Below are positions 16,343 to 25,939 of a stretch of DNA of 64,000 bases, in pieces (the stretch's first letter is position 1; each line of letters starts with the position of its first letter). Source of the DNA: an uncultured virus (IMG/VR IMGVR_UViG_3300032562_000006) (Duplodnaviria; Heunggongvirae; Uroviricota; Caudoviricetes); IMG/VR virus record IMGVR_UViG_3300032562_000006, one strand, 5' to 3'. The notes below the pieces were generated by a model that was not told the DNA's origin, ran no database searches, and saw nothing but the letters and a program-made list of their open reading frames with translations. A program made the position numbers and the translations under genes.

Positions 16343-16684
16343 ATGTCGGCAACCGGTGCAGTCAGCATATCACGGCTATCGCTGCAGTACCTGACCGTGC
16401 CGGTGCAGGTCATGCGAGGCGGAACGGCGTATAACCCGACGGGGGATGCGGTGGCGTTCGCGTTCGTAGACGTGAACGGAGCGGTGCCGACGAGCGGGAT
16501 GTGGGTAGCCGGGTCGTGGATCACAGTGCCGAACTATTCATATCCTTATGCTGCGCAGTGCCTCATCGGACCGGGAGGCGGTACGGCTCCTGCCACCGGG
16601 ACATACACAGTCTGGCTGCAGATCACGGATAATCCTGAAATACCTGTTCTGGTGGCCGGTCAGCTGCAGGTGGTCTTATGGTGA
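16343..16684 (+). CDS. putative virion structural protein
   Basis: GGAGG RBS; beta-rich; GTYTVWLQITDNPEIPV. Confidence 0.65.
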   Translation: MSATGAVSISRLSLQYLTVPVQVMRGGTAYNPTGDAVAFAFVDVNGAVPTSGMWVAGSWITVPNYSYPYAAQCLIGPGGGTAPATGTYTVWLQITDNPEIPVLVAGQLQVVLW

Positions 16685-17442
16685 CATATCCGGGCACCTA
16701 CGCCGTACCCGGATCCATGTGGCCGGGAGAAATCCGGCCGGGCATGACGCTGGTCGCGGGAAACAGCGGACTTGCGTCAACAGGCGGCCTCGTACGGAAG
16801 AGAAAATCAGTCCGTGCTGTGTGGCAAAGCGGCTACGGGAAACTGAATGCTGTACCTCCTCCAGGGGGGGTTGTCACCTGGAATTTCGTCCCTGCGAGCA
16901 TGCAGCCGGGAGCGGGCGTCCCCGGACTGCCATTGTTCAGTCCGGTCAGCGGAGTCGTAAACGACGCGATAGCATACAGATCCGCGCGGAAAAGGCTGGT
17001 GCCTCGTGCGGTCTGGCACGGAAACAGAGGACTGCTCAACGCATTGCCTCCGCCGTTGGGAACTGCAGCAACCGGCGGTCTTATCCGGGGAAGAACAGCT
17101 TACCGCGCGGCATGGCGAAGCAATTACGGAACCGTCAACGCGCCGCCGCCTGCTGGCACAGCATGGACCGGATATGCGGTACCCGGAGCCATGTGGCCAG
17201 GGGTGATCGTTCCCGGAATGACGCTTGCCGGAGGGGGATCAACTCCTGCAACTCCGTTCACCTACCTGTACAATGATGCTGACGAGTACATCTTCCCGGA
17301 CTATCTTGAGTCGAGTGACGGGCTGCACTGGACGACGCTGGTAGCCGTACCGCAGATGTCATACAATTACATTATCTCGGTGTCGGCGCACACGGCGGCT
17401 CTGCCCGGCGGCGGATACACCTGGGTGCTCATACCGGGTTAG
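16678..17442 (+). CDS. hypothetical protein with internal repeats
   Basis: YAVPGxMWPG..PGMTL twice; R..RAxW..N/GYG..NA.PPP three times. Confidence 0.6.
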   Translation: MVTYPGTYAVPGSMWPGEIRPGMTLVAGNSGLASTGGLVRKRKSVRAVWQSGYGKLNAVPPPGGVVTWNFVPASMQPGAGVPGLPLFSPVSGVVNDAIAYRSARKRLVPRAVWHGNRGLLNALPPPLGTAATGGLIRGRTAYRAAWRSNYGTVNAPPPAGTAWTGYAVPGAMWPGVIVPGMTLAGGGSTPATPFTYLYNDADEYIFPDYLESSDGLHWTTLVAVPQMSYNYIISVSAHTAALPGGGYTWVLIPG

Positions 17443-17464
17443 ATGACTGACTGGAGGAGGAACT

Positions 17465-19252
17465 GTGCCAGCTGAGATCTTTGCCAGTAACCGGGCGATG
17501 ACGACGGTGTCGTCTGGCGGCACGGATGCTCCCTCATCGGGGACATCAGAGTCGTGGACGGTTGCTACCTCGGCGGGATTTCCCACGCCTGCTTCCGGAG
17601 CGACTCCGCCTACTGTGTTCCACATTGCGGATCCCGCTGCTCCGTCTGAAATGATTACCGTGACGGCGATATCCGGCACGACATGGACGGTCACGCGCGG
17701 AGCGGAATCGACGACACCCGTGACGCATACGGCAGGATTCACGGTATACCAGGTCGTGACGACCGGTGGACTCGGCGGGTTCCTGCAGTCTGCTAACAAC
17801 CTGGCGGATGTTGCTAATGCTACCACGGCACGAGCTAACCTCGGGATCACTAGCGGGACAACCGGCGGGACAGCATCCTTCGGACTGGTTCCGGTCGCGA
17901 CCGGGACGTCAGGAACCACGATCTGGGGGTTCGTCGGAGCGAAGCAGGTCAGCTTCAATGCATGGAACCCGGACTCAACCGGAGCATCGTTCTGTGACGC
18001 GGCTATGGGTTCAGCTCTTACATCTCTCGGGACGGCATCCGGAGCGATCGTGATTCCGGTGGCCGGGAAATACAAGTTCGCTAATACGTACACGTTCGGC
18101 CTGGGACAGGGGCTGATCGGCGCGGCGGGGCCGAGCGAAAACGTAGTGCTGAACTACACCGGCGGAACTGTGTTCCTGCACAGCTACGATGCTGCGTTCA
18201 ACGTTGACAATACCACGCCGCTGCAGTCACAGTGCGGACCATTCAACGGATTCTTCATTGACGGGACAGGAGCCGGGTCGGCTGCCATCGGGTTTCAGAT
18301 TGGTGACCAGAACCTGCCGAACGTGAACATCGGGATCCGGGACTTCACCGGGGCGAAGGCGGTCGGCGCGTGGATCTGCAACAACGTCGGCTGGATCAAC
18401 TACGGTCAGATCACCATCTCGACTGAAAGCTGCACGAATCACATCGTATTTGACAACACTACCAGCGGGTCCGCCAACGGCGGAGTGATTTACGCCTTCA
18501 ACCAGACTGCCCTGGAAAACCAGAACGGTGTCATCATGAAGAATGACACGCAGTCGGTTGGCGGCGCTTTCATGCTATACGGAGAGTACCTAGGAGGGAC
18601 GTCCAACTCCGGGGTCGTGCTGAACGTAGGGTCAGACAACTCAAACTCCGGGTTTACCGGCATGTCTCCCTTCATCATTAATGCGGAAGCAGCGTTTGAC
18701 ACCGGTACGGTGGGACACACTACCATCAACCGTGGCTCATCCGCTATCTTGTACGATAACTACGGTCAGCTGGTCTTCCGGAACCAGAGTGCTAACTTCA
18801 AGCCGAGCACCGGGATTGACGGTGCCTACCAGTTTTCTTTCAACGGCAGCGTCTTGTCGCAAGCGACTAGTGACTTCCTGCCTAACCCGGGTGTCAACGG
18901 TTTTGCCTCGGTTACGATGGGCGGCACCCTGGAGACGCCTAGCGGGGCAGACACCGGCGGCGGCAACATCTACAACGGCTCCGGCAGCGTTCTCGACATA
19001 CAGCTCGCCAGCGGCGCCAACGTCTATGCTATCGCTAACCCGATTACGGGAATGGCACAGCGACTCGTTGCCAACGTCACGCAGCCAGCGAGCGGGGGGT
19101 CAGCGACGCTCAAGCTCACCGGTTTCCTGACCAACGGAGGGGGCGGAACAGTTACCGGGCTGAGTGCGACGAACGGTTTCACTGACGCGCTTGACCTGTG
19201 GTCGGACGGAACCAACTGGTACGCTGCCATCAAGGGGACGCATTTCCACTGA
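17465..19252 (+). CDS. putative fiber/spike protein with beta-helix (pectate-lyase-like) domain
   Basis: NNLADV..ATTARANLG fiber linker; G/N/T-rich beta-helix-like body. Confidence 0.65.
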   Translation: MPAEIFASNRAMTTVSSGGTDAPSSGTSESWTVATSAGFPTPASGATPPTVFHIADPAAPSEMITVTAISGTTWTVTRGAESTTPVTHTAGFTVYQVVTTGGLGGFLQSANNLADVANATTARANLGITSGTTGGTASFGLVPVATGTSGTTIWGFVGAKQVSFNAWNPDSTGASFCDAAMGSALTSLGTASGAIVIPVAGKYKFANTYTFGLGQGLIGAAGPSENVVLNYTGGTVFLHSYDAAFNVDNTTPLQSQCGPFNGFFIDGTGAGSAAIGFQIGDQNLPNVNIGIRDFTGAKAVGAWICNNVGWINYGQITISTESCTNHIVFDNTTSGSANGGVIYAFNQTALENQNGVIMKNDTQSVGGAFMLYGEYLGGTSNSGVVLNVGSDNSNSGFTGMSPFIINAEAAFDTGTVGHTTINRGSSAILYDNYGQLVFRNQSANFKPSTGIDGAYQFSFNGSVLSQATSDFLPNPGVNGFASVTMGGTLETPSGADTGGGNIYNGSGSVLDIQLASGANVYAIANPITGMAQRLVANVTQPASGGSATLKLTGFLTNGGGGTVTGLSATNGFTDALDLWSDGTNWYAAIKGTHFH

Positions 19253-19277
19253 TCGCTCTTGCGAAAGCCGGAATAAC

Positions 19278-19409
19278 ATGGTAGGATTCATCGCAGGGAT
19301 CGTGCTCATGTGGGTAGGGCACATCAGTCCTGAGCATGCTATCGCGCTACTGACTGGCGCGATCTGGGTGCTCGTACTATCGGGACGCTATCTCTGGCGC
19401 GATTTGTAG
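19278..19409 (+). CDS. small membrane protein
   Basis: 43 aa, two hydrophobic segments. Confidence 0.4.
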   Translation: MVGFIAGIVLMWVGHISPEHAIALLTGAIWVLVLSGRYLWRDL

Positions 19410-19438
19410 AGTTTGCAGAGTTTGCAGAGAGGGACAGC

Positions 19439-22400
19439 ATGTCGTCACGCGGAGCAGTGCTCTCGGCTGCTAAGTACATTCCGGGAGGAGCGCGGCCGAC
19501 GCCTGCTCCGCAGGGAGCGGGGCCGTACTCCGGCATGCTGAGCCCGCTAGCGATGCAGCTGGCAAATGAGCGGGGGTACGCGAATACGTACGGACCATTT
19601 TTGCCACGTCCGACACGGACGTTTACCGACGGCGCGTTCGGTCCCTTTTCTCCGATCCTTCCTGTTCCTGTTGATGCTCCCGAGGTGGAAGACGGGCAGC
19701 CGGATCCCCGGCTGTGGGAGTACCCGGTCGGCTGGAACCTGCCAGTCGGACGGCCAGGGACTGAAGGTCTTAAGCTTGTCGACTTCGGAACGTTGAAGGT
19801 GCTCTCAGAGACCTACTCCGTGGCACGGTCTTGCATTGACCGGCGCAAGTACGAGATCTGCGGCCTGGACTGGGACATCGTGCCCACGCACGAGGCATCA
19901 AAGGCTTATCAAGGGGATAGAGCTGCGATGCGGGACTTTGGGGAACGGGTTGCGAAAGCGAAGAAATTCTTCCGGCAGCCTGATCCGGACTACTTCACCT
20001 TTTCGGATTTTCTTTCGGCTCTGCTGGAGGAAGTGTTCGTCTACGACGCGCTGGCGATTGTCATGCGTCCTAAGTGGGGTAAGGGGATGGGGAAGGGACT
20101 GCTCGGATCCGACCTGGACTGCCTGGAGCTAGTTTCCGGTTCGACCATCCGGCCTCTGGTCGGCATGCACGGTGAGATGCCGCGTCCTCCGGCACCGGCC
20201 TACCAGCAGTACCTCTATGGCGTGCCCCGTTCCGACTACATGACGATGATCACGCAGCGGGACATTGACGAGGGCGGGCTGTCCGGGTCGGAAGTGCAGA
20301 GTTTCCGGTCTGACCAGCTGCTGTACCTGCGGACTACACCACGCCGGAATACGCCTTACGGATTCAGTCTCGTAGAAAAAGCTATCGTCCCCATTCTCAC
20401 AGGACTGCGCAAGCAGGCGTTCCAGCTGGAGTACTTCTCAGAGGGAACTGTTCCGGCGGTGTACATCTCGCCTGGTGATGCGAATATCACTCCGAACCAG
20501 ATTCGGGAGCTGCAGGATGCGCTGAATGCGATCGCCGGAGATCAGGCGTTTCACCACAAGATTATCGTGCTGCCGCCCGGATCGAAGACGATGCCGCAGC
20601 GGGACGCCCAGCTCGCTGATCAGTTCGATGAAATTGTCATGGCGGAAGTCGCCATGGTTTTTGACGTAGACCCGATGTCGCTCGGCATTATTCCTAAGGT
20701 CTCGACTACTGTCTCGCCGTTTGCCGCCAAGGAAATGGCGCAGGCATCGACGACGGTACATGACAGGACGTCGACCAAGCCCCTGCTCAAGTTCCTCGTG
20801 GATATCTTCAACAACGTGCTGCATCGCGTCTGCGGTCAGGACGACATGAAATTCACGTTCGAGGGACTAGCCGAGACTCAGAACGAGTCCGCGATGACGG
20901 ATCTCATCGTCAAGCAGGTCCAGTACGGCATCAGGTCGGTCGATGAAGGGCGAGCTGAGCTAGAACTGCCGCCGTGGAACCTGCCGGAGACGTCGGGGCC
21001 GGTAGTCTTCACCCAGATGGGGCCGGTGCCGTTCGAGATGGCGCCGCAACTGCTCGCGCAGCAGCAGGCTGGTGCGAGCGGCAGCGGCAGCGGCGGGAAC
21101 TCATCCGGGAGCGGCAAGCGGACGAGGGCGACCTCGACCACCGGACGCGGGGATCAGTACGGCGGGCCGGGAGTGCCCCGGCACGGGAAGCCGATTGCTG
21201 CACCGGCGTCGACGCGTCTCAGCTCCGACGTACCGCCGGAAGGACGACGAGGCGGCGGACAGACTAGGACGCCTGCGCACTCGGCTGCTGAAGGCGCGAT
21301 GTCTACCGGGTCGTCCAAGCCGGGCGGCGGGCGTGTCGGTAAGAATGCTGAGAGCGGAATGAATCGTGCCGTTGCTTCCGAGCTGGAAGCACTTGGTCGG
21401 CATCTGCGCAAAGGCCGCGACATCGGTACGTGGGAACCACGCCACATTCCGGTGCCAGCCTTCGAGATTCTCATTGAGGATATCGAAAAAGGGCTGACCT
21501 TTGACGAGGCAGCGAGCGGGGTACTCGTGCAGGGGGTGGTGGTGAGTGATGCCCCAAAAGCTGGATCCTCGACCGGAGTGAGGGAATGGCCCGGGTGGAA
21601 GCATGACCTGGGGCTGGTTGAGGCATACACCGAGATTATCCGGAAGATGTTCGCCGACGCTGCCGATGATGCGGATGGTGCGCGGCGGGACTGGGCTGGC
21701 GGTGTCGTGTGCTGGACGCCTGCCATGTACCAAGACGCGATGCACGCCGGACTAGCGGAAACAGTTGCGGGAGCACTCGGGCCATTGTGGACTGCCGCCT
21801 GGAAACTCGGATGGGACAGTGCCGGGGAGCTAGCAGGCGGGGTGGATGGTGACGGTGCGGCTGGCCTGGAAGCTTTTCTGGGGACTGAAGGCCGCCACTG
21901 GACTGAGGTCATTACCCGGACCGGGCTCAAGGACGCTGCGCGTCGGGCGGAAATCATCGCACGGACTGAAGTGCAGCGCGCGATGATGACTGCGGCGCTG
22001 CAGTGCTACCGTGAGGCCGGGATTTCGTACAAAGAGCTGATGGTTGCCCCGGGTGACCTGGACGAAATATGCACGGATGCTGCTGCGGACGGGATTGTCC
22101 CGCTTGACGCGGCGTTTGACTGCGGAGAGGTGATGCCGCCACTGCATATCAACTGCAGATGTGCTGTCGCTCCGGCTGGAATTACGGTCATGCCACCTCA
22201 TGCGCACATTGGAAAGGGTGAGGGTGAGGGTGAGGGTGAGCCTGACGTGGCGTTCCTGCTCATCCGGACCAGGAATGATGAGGGGAAGCGGCGTTACCTG
22301 CTGCAGAAGCGAGGAGACGGATCGCCGCATGCGGGGGACTGGGGACTGCCCGGCGGGAAAGGCCATTCTGGTGAGAACGCCTGGGAAACGGCGATACGTG

Positions 22401-23521
22401 AAGCCCGGGAAGAAATGGGCGGGCTGCCCGAGCTGAATGCTGTGTGTGTCATGGAGCGGATTGACGGTGACGGGGAACGGAAATGCTCTACGTTCGTATG
22501 TGATGTGGATGCGGAGTTCGTGCCGAATACCGGAGCCGGGCTGACTCCGGAGGAGTCGGCAGGCTGGGGCTGGTTCAGCCGTGGAGAGATCGAAGATCTT
22601 CCGCTGCATCCCGGTTTTGCGGAGACATGGGCCGGGTACCTGGAACAAGTGCTCGGGAAGAGTGTACGGCGGCGCGGGCCGAAGCGTGTGCTAGTATCCG
22701 GTCAGGAAATCTACCCTGATGATGACGAAACCGGCAGCGACGACCTGAACCCGCCTAGCGGCGGCGGGGGGGAATACCCGCATCCGCACAACATCGATCC
22801 AGTGATGCAAGCATCCGGAGGACGCTCAGGGGACGAGGGACCGCACTGGGATGGCGGGGAAGCCGAACCGTACGTCGCGACAATGAACGGACCGGGCGGC
22901 GGAACTAGCATCCGGGAAGGGCGGGTACCCAAGTCACCCGGCAAGCCGAAGGGGAGCGGGACAGGTGGCGAAGATGGCGGGGAACAGAAGCCGAAAGCGA
23001 TCCCGCTTGACGGAAATGTTCCGGATGATGAGGATGATGCTGCGCAGCCGTTTGAAAGAGGCAGACCTCCGAACGGAGTCGGCAAGTCGGCAGCGGAGTA
23101 CTCGGATCCTAACCCCGTTGAAGCTGAGCACATCCTGTCTGTCATGCGGGAAAACTTCCCGGAAAAGGCACTGGGCTGGGTAAAGCGAGCGCGGTGGATC
23201 GGGCCGGTGCAGGTTCCGTGGGAACGAGTGAATACTGCGAATATAGACTCGTGGGCGGCATCGCACCAGCTGGACGGAGTGCGGCGGTTCGCTCGGGAGA
23301 TTCAGGCCGGGACAGGGCACTTGCATCCATCCATCCTCATCCAGCGTGAGGACGATGACAAGTGCGATATAGTGGACGGACATCACCGGGCGCTCGCGCG
23401 CCGGGCGCTCGGGAAGCCGGTGCTCGCCTACATCGGATTCGTGCGCGGGAAAGATGTTGAGGCTGCGTTGGAAACGCATTCCAGTCAGATTCACAGCGGA
23501 ACGGATCCGAAGAACATTTGA
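19439..23521 (+). CDS. portal protein fused to MuF (head morphogenesis), Nudix hydrolase and ParB-like domains
   Basis: portal motifs (PYGFSLVE, YFSEGTVP, IRSVDEGRAELELPP); MuF IIARTEV...PPLHINCRC; Nudix box GGKGHSGENAWETAIREAREEMG; C-terminal IVDGHHRALA. Confidence 0.88.
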   Translation: MSSRGAVLSAAKYIPGGARPTPAPQGAGPYSGMLSPLAMQLANERGYANTYGPFLPRPTRTFTDGAFGPFSPILPVPVDAPEVEDGQPDPRLWEYPVGWNLPVGRPGTEGLKLVDFGTLKVLSETYSVARSCIDRRKYEICGLDWDIVPTHEASKAYQGDRAAMRDFGERVAKAKKFFRQPDPDYFTFSDFLSALLEEVFVYDALAIVMRPKWGKGMGKGLLGSDLDCLELVSGSTIRPLVGMHGEMPRPPAPAYQQYLYGVPRSDYMTMITQRDIDEGGLSGSEVQSFRSDQLLYLRTTPRRNTPYGFSLVEKAIVPILTGLRKQAFQLEYFSEGTVPAVYISPGDANITPNQIRELQDALNAIAGDQAFHHKIIVLPPGSKTMPQRDAQLADQFDEIVMAEVAMVFDVDPMSLGIIPKVSTTVSPFAAKEMAQASTTVHDRTSTKPLLKFLVDIFNNVLHRVCGQDDMKFTFEGLAETQNESAMTDLIVKQVQYGIRSVDEGRAELELPPWNLPETSGPVVFTQMGPVPFEMAPQLLAQQQAGASGSGSGGNSSGSGKRTRATSTTGRGDQYGGPGVPRHGKPIAAPASTRLSSDVPPEGRRGGGQTRTPAHSAAEGAMSTGSSKPGGGRVGKNAESGMNRAVASELEALGRHLRKGRDIGTWEPRHIPVPAFEILIEDIEKGLTFDEAASGVLVQGVVVSDAPKAGSSTGVREWPGWKHDLGLVEAYTEIIRKMFADAADDADGARRDWAGGVVCWTPAMYQDAMHAGLAETVAGALGPLWTAAWKLGWDSAGELAGGVDGDGAAGLEAFLGTEGRHWTEVITRTGLKDAARRAEIIARTEVQRAMMTAALQCYREAGISYKELMVAPGDLDEICTDAAADGIVPLDAAFDCGEVMPPLHINCRCAVAPAGITVMPPHAHIGKGEGEGEGEPDVAFLLIRTRNDEGKRRYLLQKRGDGSPHAGDWGLPGGKGHSGENAWETAIREAREEMGGLPELNAVCVMERIDGDGERKCSTFVCDVDAEFVPNTGAGLTPEESAGWGWFSRGEIEDLPLHPGFAETWAGYLEQVLGKSVRRRGPKRVLVSGQEIYPDDDETGSDDLNPPSGGGGEYPHPHNIDPVMQASGGRSGDEGPHWDGGEAEPYVATMNGPGGGTSIREGRVPKSPGKPKGSGTGGEDGGEQKPKAIPLDGNVPDDEDDAAQPFERGRPPNGVGKSAAEYSDPNPVEAEHILSVMRENFPEKALGWVKRARWIGPVQVPWERVNTANIDSWAASHQLDGVRRFAREIQAGTGHLHPSILIQREDDDKCDIVDGHHRALARRALGKPVLAYIGFVRGKDVEAALETHSSQIHSGTDPKNI

Positions 23522-23552
23522 CAGGGAAAGGGGAAAGGGAAAGGGGTGAGGT

Positions 23553-24977
23553 ATGGTTACAGAACTGTTTGCTGATCAGCCGTCTACGACAGTCAGCTCT
23601 GGTGGGACTGATGCCCCTGCTTCAGGAACTTCGGAGTCGTGGACAGTTGCCTCCTCTTCCTCTTTCCCTGCGGCTGCTACTGGCGTGTCGCAGTTTCACA
23701 TTGCTGACGCAGCCGTGGCTAGCTCTTCTGAGATCATCCTGGTAACGAATGTATCCGGCACGACATGGACGGTCACGCGCGGAGCGGAATCGACAACGCC
23801 AGTCGCGCATATTGCCGGATTTACGGTATACCAGGTCGTGACAGCAGGCTGGCTGAACACTGTAGCGCTGCAGTCAAGCAATGCCGGGACTGCGTTCTAC
23901 GCGCTGACATCCGGCACTGCATACTCAGCTACGTCGTCTTTGACTGCGGGGACCGCCTATTATGCTTTCACTGCCGGAACTGCCTACTCTGCTACATCCG
24001 CTGCCAGCGCAGTCACAGCAGGCACAGCCTCTTACAGTCTCACCTCTGGCACCGCCTACGCCTCTACCACCAGCAGTGGCACCGTCACCTCAGCTCTGAC
24101 GGCAGGCACTGCCTACTTCGCTACTAGCGCTGGATCCGCACTGACTGCGGGGACTGCTTTCTACTCGCTATCATCCGGTACAGCGGCATACGCCCTGACG
24201 TCAGGCACAGCGTTCGCGAGTCTCACAGCGGGAACAGCTAGTTACGCGAACAGCGCTGGCACTGCGTTCTACGCGCTGACATCCGGCACCGCTTTTGCAG
24301 CGACGTCAGCGGTTACTGCCGGGACAGCTAGCTACTCGCTAACGTCGGGGACGGCATTCGCGGCGGCGAAGGCCGGCACGGCGTACACGGCAGGAGGATT
24401 GCAGTCGGCTACCACCAATGTCATCACAAGTGCGGCTGCTGCTCCGTCTACCGGCCAGGTGCTGACGGCTACGTCCAGCACGGCAGCAGACTGGGCGGCG
24501 CCGAGTGCTGCGCTCGGCTCAGGCTCTAGCGGTGCAAAGGCCGCGATTACCGGTACGGCGCTTACTGACATCGGTCCTACATACTCAGTGTCCGGAGGTA
24601 TAGCTGCAGCAGGAGTCGTGTACTGCGTGACAGCTTTTATCAACCCGACTGCCAACACTAGTGCCGACAGCGCTACTATAGGAGTGTACTGGGGTGGCAT
24701 CACCGGCACTCTCCTCTGCTTTACATCGTTCACGCCAGCTATCACTAGCAGCAACGACCCGACTGTAGCAGAGGCATACGTTTACTTCAGCAGCACGACG
24801 GCATGCACCAGCTGCATTGAAGCGATAGCTAGCAGTTCGGCATCCGTGGGCTGGGCGAGCACGACCGGTCTCAGCACCGGGGGAGCAGAAAATATTACTC
24901 TAGGCTGGTCATGGGCTAGTGTCACCGGCTCACCGTCGGCTACGCCCGAGTTTGCCATTGCGCAACGACTAGTATGA
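23553..24977 (+). CDS. putative fiber protein with TAGTA repeats
   Basis: N-terminal domain shared with 17465..19252; tandem ~9-aa T(A/S)GTAxx repeats. Confidence 0.65.
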   Translation: MVTELFADQPSTTVSSGGTDAPASGTSESWTVASSSSFPAAATGVSQFHIADAAVASSSEIILVTNVSGTTWTVTRGAESTTPVAHIAGFTVYQVVTAGWLNTVALQSSNAGTAFYALTSGTAYSATSSLTAGTAYYAFTAGTAYSATSAASAVTAGTASYSLTSGTAYASTTSSGTVTSALTAGTAYFATSAGSALTAGTAFYSLSSGTAAYALTSGTAFASLTAGTASYANSAGTAFYALTSGTAFAATSAVTAGTASYSLTSGTAFAAAKAGTAYTAGGLQSATTNVITSAAAAPSTGQVLTATSSTAADWAAPSAALGSGSSGAKAAITGTALTDIGPTYSVSGGIAAAGVVYCVTAFINPTANTSADSATIGVYWGGITGTLLCFTSFTPAITSSNDPTVAEAYVYFSSTTACTSCIEAIASSSASVGWASTTGLSTGGAENITLGWSWASVTGSPSATPEFAIAQRLV

Positions 24978-25004
24978 TGAGGCAATTGATGACAGGAGAG
25001 GTCA

Positions 25005-25481
25005 ATGGCTAACAGCGATATCTATGAGGCGAACTCCGGTCTCATCTCGGTTGCGTCAACTGGCGGCACAGTCCCTGTCATGTACGTGCAGGCTCCTGCT
25101 ACCAAGCGAACCTGGATTGTAGGAGTGCGGATCGGCATCGGCGTCACGACAGCGGCAGCCGGTAACTCCATGCTATTCGGGATCGCCCGGACGGCGACAG
25201 GCGCGGGTGGCACGTACACAGGACTCAATGCACATGACGCAGCAGCCGGCTCGGCACTGACGCAATCCTACGTGTCATCATTTTCTACCGCACCGACGCC
25301 AGTAGCAAGCGGATTTCTCTGGCAGCAGGAGCTTCCGCAAACTACCGGGTCGGCGTGGGAGGAATTCCCCCCGCTCGGGTACGAGTGGGGGATTCCGGCA
25401 GGCGGTACCGTGGCGTGCTTCGTTGTCCCGAGCGTCAATACGTCGACTCCTGTTACATTTCAGCTGATTGTCAGTGAGTAG
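25005..25481 (+). CDS. putative virion structural protein
   Basis: GGAGAGG RBS; beta-rich Thr/Gly composition. Confidence 0.6.
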   Translation: MANSDIYEANSGLISVASTGGTVPVMYVQAPATKRTWIVGVRIGIGVTTAAAGNSMLFGIARTATGAGGTYTGLNAHDAAAGSALTQSYVSSFSTAPTPVASGFLWQQELPQTTGSAWEEFPPLGYEWGIPAGGTVACFVVPSVNTSTPVTFQLIVSE

Positions 25482-25486
25482 TATCG

Positions 25487-25624
25487 ATGCCGATACCCGT
25501 ACCGGAACTGACGCTGACACTCGGTCTTATCGGATTCGAGTGGACAACTGGCCCGGTCGTGCTACAATGGCAGACAGGACAGCCTGCCACAGAATGGACG
25601 ACCGGACCAGTAGCTGCCAGCTGA
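25487..25624 (+). CDS. 45-aa hypothetical protein with W(T/Q)TG repeats (not in ORF track)
   Basis: WTTGP/WQTGQ/WTTGP at 9-aa spacing. Confidence 0.45.
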   Translation: MPIPVPELTLTLGLIGFEWTTGPVVLQWQTGQPATEWTTGPVAAS

Positions 25625-25625
25625 A

Positions 25626-25898
25626 CTAGCTGTCAGACTGCAGCCAGAGTTTCTCTATCATATCTTCTGCTTCGCTTGGATCGAGTTTCATCTTGATCGT
25701 GACACGGACGAGCCCGTCCTCTACCTGCTTGAGCCTGAATGAAGTGGGATGGTGGAGTGACTCCAGCACCTGGAGATCAAGTATCACCCGGCCGAGCGTA
25801 CCCCGGATATCGTCAAGATCTACCTGCTCCGGATCAGCATGCTTGATGCGGGAGCGAATGTTTTCCAGTTCCTGGACCATGCTTTGGCTGTAAGGCAT
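25626..25898 (-). CDS. leaderless hypothetical protein, opposite to the structural operon
   Basis: TGn-TATAAT at 25905-25910 (minus), 6 nt before ATG. Confidence 0.7.
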   Translation of the reverse strand: MPYSQSMVQELENIRSRIKHADPEQVDLDDIRGTLGRVILDLQVLESLHHPTSFRLKQVEDGLVRVTIKMKLDPSEAEDMIEKLWLQSDS

Positions 25899-25939
25899 AA
25901 ACCCATTATAACATACGTGCAGGGAATGAAGGGGATCGT

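Noticed and set aside
17670..23794. 43-nt repeat as DGR template/variable repeat or att site
   Set aside because: Exact identity without adenine-specific mismatches, and no reverse transcriptase or integrase in the window.
23880..24400. Ice-nucleation protein repeat or CRISPR-like array
   Set aside because: Period is ~9 aa, not the 8/16-aa AGYGST unit; DNA repeats are degenerate and coding, with no spacers.
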